Origin: Octopus vulgaris
Lineage: Eukaryota
Assembly (NCBI GenBank): GCA_951406725.2
Contig: OX597817.1
Coordinates: 65,472,001 to 65,536,000, forward strand
Direction: 5' to 3'
DNA length: 64,000 nucleotides
In this document: piece after piece, positions 1 to 10,352 of the stretch
Layout: each line of letters begins with the position of its first letter
How positions within the stretch are numbered: position 1 is the stretch's first letter
Translations under genes and position numbers: made by a program
Notes under the pieces: generated by a model
What the model saw: the letters and a program-made list of their open reading frames with translations, nothing else
What the model was told of the DNA's origin: nothing
Databases searched by the model: none

Positions 1-1079
1 TTATTATTTTTTTTATAATATCTATTATTTTTACCACTAAACCTAACAAAATTATAATTATTATTAGAAGTATCTCGAAAATTATCAATTAAATCTTTAT
101 CACTAATATTATAAAATTTAATATTCCTATTATAACCTGCCCCTCTAAGGGCCTCATTATAATAATTAGCATGTTTATTAAAAATCTCTATATCATAAGA
201 GAGTAATGAAATACGTTTACTTATATTATTAATCAACGAATTTTTAATAGAAAATGGGTGATTACTATTAACATTTATATATCTAAGGTTCTCATTAAGT
301 TTATGATATGGTTGTGTTTTACCTGTAATAAGATTAAAATTAACATCTAAATAATTAACATTATAATTCTCCTTATATATAGTAATACTTAAACCATATC
401 TTTTAAAGAAACTATATAGTTTTTTCTTATATACTTCTAGATTCCTATTAGTACAATTCTTTGTAACTAGTAGAAGATCGTCTCTATATAAACCACCCTC
501 TATCTTAAGATTTTCTAATTGGAGTTCAGATAAAAGAAAAATACCTACTAAATCAGTAGCCTGTGCAGAATCTGGTGCTCCCATAGGTATATCAAAACAA
601 TCTCTAGTATCATTCCTAGCCCATAATTTATTTTTATATTTAATTAGCGATTTCCTAGCCATTTTAATTACATTAACTTCTTCCCGTGACATACCCACTT
701 TATTCATTGCGAAAATAAGCGCTTTATTAAACACAATTTCATTAATAGAAGAATAATAATTATCTATATCTATTTGAATAAATTTATAACGATTTTTATC
801 TTTAATATTATTAAACCATTTCAATGTATTATTATTACTAAACCATAATTTTAAATAATTAAGTTTATTTAACTTATCAATATATTTATCTAAAATAAAT
901 TTACTTAATTTACCTAGGTCCGATTTACATGGGCAAATTAATCTAACTTTAGGGTCTGAATAAAAATTATCTTTATGGTCTTTAAGAGTAATTCTGGGGT
1001 GCAAAGGTACATAAGGTTCAGTTTTATTATCCAACTCATATTTTAACATTACTACTTTAGAGGCCTTATTAATATTATA
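1..1079 (-). mobile_element. Penelope-like retroelement reverse transcriptase ORF (5'-truncated, open to the window edge)
   Basis: Manual minus-strand translation gives an uninterrupted frame from 1079 to the left edge: ...PRITLKDHKDNFYSDPKVRLICPCKSDLGKLSKFIL...FIQIDIDNYYSSI...FDIPMGAPDSAQATDLVGIFLL...GGLYRDDLLL (YRDD at 477-488)...VNYLDVNFNL..GKTQPYHKLNENLRYINVNSNHPFSI..RISLLS...YYNEALRGAGY. These are PLE-type RT core and thumb motifs. It is absent from the ORF track, probably because no stop codon lies in the window. Confidence 0.85.
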
Positions 1080-1129
1080 ACACACCCACAAGTACATATA
1101 AGCCTCAACATATACACCAAACAAAATTA

Positions 1130-2490
1130 TTTTTAATTCCATTTATTAAATTATTTTTAATTCCATTTATTCCATTTCTCCATTCATTATTTTAAAGATG
1201 TTCGTTTCCAGAGCGGTTATATATTTTTTATACATATGTTAAGTTCCTTGGTAAAGTAATTTTGTTTGGTGTATATGTTGAGGCTTATATGTACTTGTGG
1301 GTGTGTGTGAGTGGGGTGGGTGTTTGTATTTGTTATGGGTGTGTGGTTTACGTGTGTGTATTTGTGTGTGAGTGTATAGGTTAAAGGGATTGCTATATAA
1401 GTATGTTATAGTGTTTAGTAAAGGGAGGTTTTATCATTTATGTTTTGTGAGTTTTAGCTTATCATGGTAGTTTTATAAAAGAATCCATTCATAATTTTTG
1501 TGTTTATTTGTCTGTGTGGGGTTGAGTGGGTTTTTGGAGTATATGTTGAGGTTTATATGTATGTATAGGTATGTGTAAGTGGTGTGGGTATTTGTATATA
1601 TCGTGGGTGTGTGGTTTATGTGTGTGTATTTGTGTGTGAATGTTTAGGTTAAGGGGATTGCTATATAGGTATGTTATAGAGTTTAGTAAAGGGAGATTTT
1701 ATCATTATATGTTTTTATGAGTTTTGGTTTATCATGGTAGGTTTGTTAAGGAATTCGTAGTAATTTGTGTCTATTTGCGATGTCTGTTGTTTTATTGCAT
1801 TGTTTCATTCATAATTTTTAAGTAGTGTTCGTTTTACCAAGTGAATATAATTTTTAATTCCATTTATTCCATTTCTCCGTTCATAATTTTAAGTGATGTC
1901 CGTTTTCTAGAGCGTGAATGTGGGTTGTATGTGTGTGTGTGTGGGAGTATGAATAAGTTTTGTGTTGAAGTATTTAGCTATTTTATTTATTTATAGTTGC
2001 CTAGACGTTTTTATGTGTATGTATAGGGATATATATATAGGTGTGTGATTTAGTGTATGTAGTTAGATATGGTTATATATAATTAGGTATATGTGTATGG
2101 GTGTATATATAGTTTATTATTATATTATTATTATTTTCTTTTGTTTTATATTTTATATTTTATATTTTATATTTTATATTTAATTGTTGATAGGTTTATT
2201 TTAGTTTATATATTGTTTATATATTGATTATATATTGATTATATATGGATTATATATAGGTTATATATGGATTATATATTTATATTTTTTCATTCATACT
2301 TTAATTATTTTAAAATTATTATTTTTATATTTTAAAAAATTGATATTTTAGATTGGAAGTCCACCTGAAGATTGTCGATCAAGACAAGAAACAATTGTAG
2401 TGGCGGTTTTTTTGACTATTTATTAAAATTTTATGTATTGATTAAGTCTTTCCTTGTTTGTTTTGCAAAATAGTGGTTTTGTCTCTAATA

Positions 2491-2497
<7 letters not shown>
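1130..2497 (+). mobile_element. Putative pseudo-LTR of the Penelope-like element, inverted relative to the ORF
   Basis: AT/GT-rich non-coding block with internal duplications (~1266-1475 vs ~1536-1745; ~1130-1215 vs ~1850-1915). It carries a hammerhead at 2361-2403 and ends in (AT)n. Positions 1081-1129 are the reverse complement of 1257-1305 at the ORF junction. Confidence 0.6.
2361..2403 (+). ncRNA. Minimal type I hammerhead ribozyme
   Basis: CCAC-CTGAAGA-TTGTC(gatcaa)GACAA-GAAA-CAATTG-TA-GTGG. Helix I CCAC/GTGG, helix II TTGTC/GACAA, intact core, palindromic helix III CAATTG, GUA cleavage triplet after 2399. Confidence 0.85.
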
Positions 2498-2534
<37 letters not shown>

Positions 2535-2596
2535 CTTATGTATACATATGTGTATATATATACATACATATATACATACATATGTGTATATATGTA

Positions 2597-2646
<50 letters not shown>

Positions 2647-2670
2647 AATAAAATATATGCATATATATAA

Positions 2671-3480
2671 ACATATATGTACGTACCTACCTCTACATGT
2701 ACATATACACGCATATATGTGTACAGGACACCAAAAAGACGTCGAACACATAGAGAGACGAAAAACGTAGACACAAACCAAGGAACAAGACAAGCAAAAA
2801 AAAAAAAAAAAAGGAGATACAGGACAATAAGCACAACGAAAAATCCCCTTCTTCAGTCGCTAAGGTTTCATCTACTAAACGTTTCGAAGGATAAAAGCGA
2901 GACGTATACTTCGAAGAAAAATTCCTTCCTACGAAAAGCAAATCAATTAAAATTCTGAGATCTTTTCGCAGAGGGGTAAAAAAAAGCAAGACGGTAACGA
3001 CAGTACAAACATATAAACAGTAAAAAATATATATATAAACAGTGGAAAAATAAATATATAACAGTGAGAGACAGGACAAGGAGAACAAGATAAGAAGGGC
3101 TGTTAACGCCAGACGAAAAAAGTATTGCAAACGCTGGATTATAGTGGACGACGAGAGAGGAAGATGTCGACCAGTAGCCTTAGAAGGCGGGCGAGAAAGG
3201 ACAGGATAGCAGTTACGACGGAAGTATCGTCGCAGATGGACGACGGGAATGGGGGAGGAGGAGCAAGAGGAAGAGAGAGAAGGGGAATGGTGCGAGGAGA
3301 CCATGAAGAACAGTGAGGGGGAGAGAGAGAGGAAGAGACAAGTTAAGTGAGGGAAAAAAGACGAAAAGGGGATGGGAGAGAAAGAAAGAAAGATGCAGAG
3401 TCGCGTGAGAGTTAATATCAAGGCTAACTTGATAAACAGAACAATCTTACTTAATAGGGTGCGTGCGTTTAGTCGTATAA
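2671..3480. mobile_element. Unclassified non-coding insertion flanked by a 29-bp direct repeat
   Basis: TATGTTAATAAAATATATGCATATATATA occurs at 2641-2669 and 3481-3509. The interior is purine-rich and sits between (AT)n tracts. Confidence 0.5.
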
Positions 3481-3524
3481 TATGTTAATAAAATATATGC
3501 ATATATATATATATATATATATAT

Positions 3525-3815
3525 ACCTCCCTGTTTCTGATCTGCCTTTCCGACTTGCTAGGGTACCCCCACACCACTCCTTTAATTCTACTACTGCCCG
3601 CTACTAGCCATTGTCCACCATACACACACATACACACACGCACACACTCACACATACATACACACGCACACACACATACCTCCCTGCTTCTGACCTGCCT
3701 TTCTGACTTGCTAGGGTACCCCCACACCACTCCTTTAATTCTACTACTGCTTGCTACTAGCCTTTGTCCACCATACACACACATACACACACACGCACAC
3801 TCACACACACACACC
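3525..3815. repeat. Tandem duplication of a ~153-bp unit ending in (CA)n
   Basis: CCTCCCTG...GACTTGCTAGGGTACCCCCACACCACTCCTTTAATTCTACTACTGC...CCACCATACACAC appears at ~3525 and again at ~3678. Confidence 0.85.
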
Positions 3816-3899
3816 GTCATCTCGCAACACCTTTTTTACCATTCCCTCATTGATTCAGCTCTCCTGTTTTTAAAAAACATTTTCCTCCTTTTTTACTAC

Positions 3900-4117
3900 T
3901 TCCGTCTTTTCAGTATGTGACCTCGTGAAGACGACCTGCAATTTTTTTTCCTCTGTCCTCCCGTCTCGGGATCTTTCTTTCTTTCTCTTATGTTTCAGAC
4001 GAAGAGCTCCGCTCGAAACGTCATACCCTCCTTCTTCCATTTTCCTGAGCGCCTAATAATAATAATACTGTAATTGTTCCACGTGTTGTTGTTTTTTCTG
4101 TTTTCCCGTTTGGATTA

Positions 4118-4121
<4 letters not shown>
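3900..4121 (+). mobile_element. Short non-autonomous element with hammerhead-like motif (family shared with 61066-61275)
   Basis: TTT-CAGACGA-A-GAGC(tcc)GCTC-GAAA-CG-TC at 3993-4022, with one core substitution. The 3' end GTTTGGATTAAC runs into (TA)n. It is homologous to the reverse complement of 61066-61275. Confidence 0.65.
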
Positions 4122-4193
<72 letters not shown>

Positions 4194-5545
4194 CATATAT
4201 ATATATATATGTATGCTTTTATTGCATGTATGTATGTATACGCGCGTGCTCGCTCACTCTAGCAAATACACAAACGAAATAAAAGATCGCTCCATATATG
4301 CCGAAGAATTTAGATATTTATATTAAAATCGGGATTCAAAATTGCATCGCTTCAAATTTCACAGATACAAAAAGCACGTCTGATACACTCACACACACAC
4401 GCGCGCGGGCAGATATATTCCCATATACATATACATATGCACTCATATGTGTGTGTGCGTGCATGTGTGTGTGCAATGTGTATCGTGATTTGCAATAAAT
4501 ACTTTTAGTGGTTCAATCTGTCCGACAGTTTTTAGATGCTTGTAGAGACAAAGCTGTTGATTCATACTTCCCTTTTGTTTTCTCCCTTTCTTTCTCCTCT
4601 TCCTAAAATCATCGTCGTCGTTGTCGTCATCATCGTCATCATCATCATCATCATCATCAACACTCCCGCCCCGACTGTTCCTTTACATCTTCCTTCGTTC
4701 ATCTCAGTTCATCTTACCCCAGTTTCCTTGCCCAGTAGCAAGCTTTGCCAGAAGTCGATGACTATAAATCTGGGACAAGGCAGGTTTAGTAATCTCGCCA
4801 TTTCTAATTTTTTTTTTCTTTTTGTTTTTGCGTTTATGGTTTCTGATATCCGTTACCCACATGCCTCATGCATATTAAACACTTGCGTGCGCGCGCGCGC
4901 GCACACACACACACACACACACAACCCCCCCCCCACACACACACGCACACACGCACACACACACACGCGCGCGTGCAAACACACTTCACTGTCTTTTCCG
5001 CGCTGTCGGCCAGGATTCGTTATTTGATTCCATTTGTGTTCGTAGCCATCGAGAGACTAAAGACAAAGAAAGCATGAATAATCTGTTCGCCATAAGCTAT
5101 CATTGCCCTTCCCCCACCGCCACTCCCTTTGATAGTTTATTATCCCCACCACCACCTCCACCAGCACTGCTGCTCCTACAACTACTACTACTGCTACTAT
5201 TACTGCTAGCATCATCATAATCACTGAAGCTAAGAACACTTCTACCATCACAACTCTAAGGACACGACAAAAGCACCATGTTACCAACAAAACTACGAAC
5301 TCTACAAACATGCCATTACTACCAACCATGACAAAGCAATCACTCACCATCACTACGATCTCATAAACAACAACAAAAATAAAACGACAACTACCACAAT
5401 GACAGCTGCTACCACCGTTACAGCAAAGACTATACACAAACCGCTACTACTACTACTACAATCACAAACAGTACTAACACCAGCTGCTGCGATCATAACG
5501 ACAAAAACATTCTGACCATCCCGTCTTAAGTGTCTTAAGTGTCGG

Positions 5546-6155
5546 AAGGCGGTGAGCTGGCAGAAACGTTCGTGTGCCGGGCGAAATGTTAAGCGGTATT
5601 TCGTCTACCGTTACGTTCTGAGTTCAAATTCCTCCGAGGTCAACTTCGCTTTTCATCCTTTCGGGGTCGATAAATTAAGTACAAGTTACTCACTAGGGGA
5701 GGGGGTCGATGTAATCGACTTTATCCCTTTGTCTGTCCTTCTTTGTCCCCTCTATGTTTAGCCCCTTGTGGGCAATATAGAAATAAGAAACGTTAGCACG
5801 TCGGGCGAAATGCTTAGCGGTGTTTCATCTGCCGCTACGTTCTGAGTTCAAATTCCGCCGAGGTCGACTTTGCCTTTCATTCTTTCGGGTTCGATTAAAT
5901 AAGTACCAGTTACGCACTGGGATCGATATAATCGACTTAATCCGTTTGTCTGTCCTTGTTTGTCCTCTCTGTGTTTAGCCCTTTGTGGGCAGTAAAGAAA
6001 TAGGTATTTCGTCTCTCTTTACGTTCTGTGTTCAAATTCCGCCGAGGTTGATAAATTAAGGTCGATAAATTAAGTACCAGTTTCGTACTTGGGTCGATCT
6101 AATCGACTGGCCCCCCTGTCCAAAAATTTCAGCCCTGTGCCTAGAGTAGAAAAGA
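5546..6155 (+). mobile_element. tRNA-derived SINE family A, tandem multimer
   Basis: Head GGCGGTGAGCTGGCAGAAACG, B-box-like GAGTTCAAATTCC and central GCCTTTCATCCTTTCGGGGTCGATAAATTAAGTACCAG (resembles the Nin/Deu-type SINE domain). The internal unit is repeated about three times. Confidence 0.8.
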
Positions 6156-6287
6156 ATTAGACGCGTCGGACAATGTGATTCTAGGTTACCTGTACAAGGG
6201 ATAAAGACGATGCTGAATGGTCCCGACTGAACTGTCTTTGTTCGTAGATCTGATCGATCAGGATTGTTGACACCTTGAACCAAAACA

Positions 6288-6450
6288 GCTGCTGCAGCAA
6301 CAATAATAACAACAACAAGAACAACAATAGAATCAGCAACACTAGCAACGATATCACCACCATCATCATCAGCAGCAGCAGTACCACCAACAAGTCGTTG
6401 CCAACGTCCTTCTACCCCTGCTGCTGCTGCTGCTGCTACTACAACTACTG

Positions 6451-6522
<72 letters not shown>

Positions 6523-7140
6523 TCATTACTATGACAATCACCAGCACTACCTATATTATCATCGTAACCACAACCGCCACCTCCATTATTACTCAAAACA
6601 AATATCACCCTCACACCACCTACCGTAGTATCAACTACCACCAGAACGTCTTTTCTCATCACCATAACAGCCACTACACCTCTTTCATCATCATTACCAC
6701 AACCGCCACCTCCAACACCATTACAAACACACTGCAATCACCTTCACCACCGCCATCGCCATCGCCACCACCACCACCACTACCACTACCATCCACCACA
6801 ACCTCAATAGCCATCACTGCCGCCACAAATACGATCACTACTACCACAACTACTTCCACTAATACCACGACGACGACGACGACGACCACCACCACCACCA
6901 CAATCACAATCACCACCATTACTTCCACTAATATCAACACAACGATCATTGCAGCCACCGTATTTACCAACATGAGGCACGAACGCCTACACCGTTATCA
7001 ACCTAACAGCTACAGTCATCTGAGCCCGTACCAATTCAACCACTGACACTATTTCCGCCATTATTAATGCAACCGCTACACCGCCGCCACTGGTACCAAC
7101 GGATTCTGCAATGCCACCACCTCTCATCACTAAATCCAAC
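6288..7140. repeat. Compound trinucleotide microsatellite / low-complexity tract (AAC, CTG, CTA, CAC)
   Basis: Direct inspection. It accounts for the poly-Y/V/S/T ORFs in the track. Confidence 0.9.
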
Positions 7141-7242
7141 ACAATCACGAAGAGCAACTCCTCCGAGAATGTTTCACAAAAGCCATATTTTGGACAGAAG
7201 CCATGTCTCACATTTAGTTGTTAATTTTATAGACATAGTTTT

Positions 7243-7432
7243 AAGGCGGCGAGCTGGTAGAATCGTTAGCACGCTGGGCAAAATGTTTGGCAGCATTTCG
7301 TCCGTCTCTGCGTTCTGAGTTCAAATTCCGACGAGGTCGATTTTACCTTTCATCCTTTCGTGATCGATAAAATCGACGTAATCGACTTGCCCCCCCCCCG
7401 AAATAGCTGGCCTTGTGCCAAAATTTGAAGCC
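7243..7432 (+). mobile_element. SINE family A copy
   Basis: AAGGCGGCGAGCTGGTAGAATCGTTAGCACG...GAGTTCAAATTCC...CCTTTCATCCTTTCG...GGCCTTGTGCCAAAATTTGAA. Confidence 0.8.
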
Positions 7433-7619
7433 AATCTTACAAGGTAACTGAATTGACTAAAGAAGACTCTGTGTACGAGTATATGTATAAGTGTTCGTAT
7501 GTTTGTGAGGGTATGCATTTATGTAGTCATGTGTGTTCGTTTGTTTGTGTTTATATATGCATATGTAATGAGAGTGTACTTGCATGCTCACATCACCTTT
7601 GGACTGCGCAGGGCTGCTT

Positions 7620-8060
7620 GTTAGTTAGTTAGTTAATTAATTTGGCTCAAAAGCAAATAGCAAGGCCTGTAGGGGGACATGGAGTTAAGTACAGGGTGGT
7701 GTTCATGTAAAGAGTTCAGGCCACTTGAGGTCAAGGGAGGCTTTGAACAAAGCGGTCGTCGGCATCTTCACCATCTCGTCTGGCAGCTTGTTCCACGGAT
7801 CCGCAACCCGGACAGAGAAAGCTCCTCTCCTTCGATTGAGATGAAATCGTCGCAGGTAGAGCTTTTCGGAATGACCCCGCAGCCGACGCTCTGGAGCAGG
7901 AGTGAAGAACAGCTCTTTCGAGAGGTTACACTTTCCGCTTATGATGTTGTGGGCGAGAATGAGATCACCACGGCGGCGGCGTTTTTCAAGAGAATAAAGG
8001 TCGAGCGTCCTCAGCCTTTCTTCGTAGGACAAATTTTTGAGACCATGTGCTGTGACAGGC
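7620..8060 (-). mobile_element. CR1-like LINE, 5'-truncated 3' end
   Basis: ORF GLKNLSYEERLRTLDLYSLEKRRRRGDLI...RGHSEKL...FSVRVADPWNKLP...FKASLD is a typical CR1-group ORF2 C-terminus. It is followed by a short 3'UTR and a (TAAC)n tail at 7620-7635. Confidence 0.85.
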
Positions 8061-9132
8061 CATGAATTACTATTTGGTGGATTATTAATAATTATATACA
8101 TATAAAATTGTTTTTTGGCAATATTTTTAATAAAATAACAAATAGCGGCGGTTTATCAACGTCACAGGAGACAATGGCAGTTAATGCTGTTGTTGGCATC
8201 ATCAATAGCAGTATTAATAACAATAACAATATTTAGAATGTGATCATCGTCTTGTTCATTATCCTCATCGTGAGGTGGTGATCGACATTATCGTCGTCGT
8301 CGTCGTCGCAATACCCCTTCTCCATCTCATCATCATTATCATCAACTATATCGATAATAACAACCACAGACAGCAATGACGATTATAAACAGACGCTTAT
8401 CAAAATCATAAGTGAAAGGAAACAAAGATGGCGCATATGACAAAGAGTATCGTCTTCAATAGTAACAACAGTCTCATTCATCATTCTCATCATCTTCGTC
8501 GCCATTGTCGTCACCGTCGTCGTCGTCGTCCTCCAACTTACCATCATCATCATTGTCATCAGCAACAAACATCACCAACACCAAAACTGGCACATATCAT
8601 CATCATCATCGTCGTCGTTGTCGTCATCACATCATCATCATCATCAACAACAATAACAACAACAACAACAACAACAACAACAGTAACAACGACAACAACA
8701 GCAACATCAACAACAACCACAACATTATCAATGATGACCTTACGAAGGTGTGTGACGGACAAGGACTAGTAGTTCAATCCTCCTCATATCACCCCATATT
8801 AAGATCATAATAGTGATGATGGAAGTGGCGGTGGTATTAATTTTGTTGCTTGTCCTCAGTCTCACAACTCTTGACCCCCAGCACAAATATTACCGTAATT
8901 TTGTGGTGCCTTCCTTCTTTATTCGCATTCCTATAATTTTTCATTCTTGACCATGGTGTTGATCAAGTTATACAAGTTTAAAATCATCTTAATTTCATTA
9001 AACGTGACAATTTCTCTGCCTAATTCCTCGCAGTATCACCTTATGAAAAATACTGGCTGAGCCCACAAAGCAGGCCTTGATGGAGCAGACCTGTGATCAA
9101 ATGTGTTCAAATAATGATTACCTCTGTGTATT

Positions 9133-9335
9133 GCGGCAGAATCGTCAGCACACCAGGCAAAATGCTTAGCGGCATTTCGTCCGTCCTTACGTTTTAAGTT
9201 CAAATACCGCCGAGGTCAGCTTTGCCTTTCATCCTTTCAGGGTCGATGAAATAAGTGCCAGGTATGAACTGGATTCGATATAATCGACTAGTCTCAACCC
9301 CTCCAAATTTTCAGGCCTTGTGCCTAGAAAAGATT
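9133..9335 (+). mobile_element. SINE family A copy
   Basis: GGCAGAATCGTCAGCAC...AAGTTCAAATACC...GCCTTTCATCCTTTC...CAGGCCTTGTGCCTAG. Confidence 0.75.
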
Positions 9336-9569
9336 ATTATTTTTTGTTCGGGCAGTGTGCATCCAGACTCATCATTACCACAATATGTACTTTATCTTTT
9401 TTAGACATTTGAGTAAGATTTCTAGCAGCTTCAGTGACTACATAATAAGTCCCTCATTAGCAAGTTATCGAGCATCAGTTGCTGCTGCTGCTGCTATTGT
9501 TATTGTTGTCCAATCCCATGTTAACCATGATCGAGTATTTTATTAAAGGTATTCAAATTATGGTCAAAA

Positions 9570-9792
9570 GAAGGCGGCGAGCTGGCAGAAACGTTAGCAC
9601 GCCTGGCGAAATGCGTAGCCGTATTTCGTTTGCCGTTACGTTCTGAGTTCAAATTCCGCGCAGGTCGACTTTGCCTTTCATCCTTTCGGAGTCGATAAAC
9701 TAAGTACCAGTTACGCACTGGGGTCGATGTAATCGACTTAATCCGTTTGTTTGTCCCCTCTGTGTTTAGCCCCTTGTGGGTAGTAAAGAAAT
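9570..9792 (+). mobile_element. SINE family A copy with target-site duplication
   Basis: Full head to tail. AGGTATTCAAATTATGGTCAAAA is repeated at 9547-9569 and 9793-9815. Confidence 0.85.
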
Positions 9793-9904
9793 AGGTATTC
9801 AAATTATGGTCAAAACGTCGTTTTTTAATTCTTTTTTTCTTCTTTTTTTGCTGTTGGATACTATTCTTGGAATACAATATCCAAAATGCCACCTTAAAGA
9901 CGAT

Positions 9905-10352
9905 AGCTTGAGGTGGGGGAGGAATTTGGTTGCTGTTTTAAATACCAGTGTATATCTTTTTGATGATAGCTTAGCATAGAGGGAAATTTAGTTACAGATT
10001 TTAACACATCGAGTGAGCACATGTTCTTTATAAAAATAGCAACTATAGTGGCTTGAGAAAAATATAGTAGCTATTTCTAACACACGGAACAACCATATAT
10101 GTCTTTTTAATGTTAATCTGCAGTAACTTTGAGGAAAATTTGGAAACAATTTCTAGCAGGACAAGCGAGCACATTTGTACATTTTAAAAAACTGCAGCTT
10201 GTAGCTTGAGGGAGATTTGGATACTATTTATTGAAGGTCGAGTGATCATATATGTCCCCTTTTTAAACAGTAGCTAGTGATTTAAGAGAAACTTAGTTGC
10301 TATTTCTGAAAGGTCGAGTTACCACTTACGTCTTCTTTTATGGCAACAGCTA
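9905..10352 (+). repeat. Degenerate tandem array, ~6 units of ~75 bp
   Basis: Recurrent TAGCTTGAGGGAGATTTGGTTGCTATTTCTA(G/A)CAGGTCGAGTGACCATATATGTC-like unit starting near 9905, 9968, 10046, 10122, 10201 and 10276. Confidence 0.65.
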
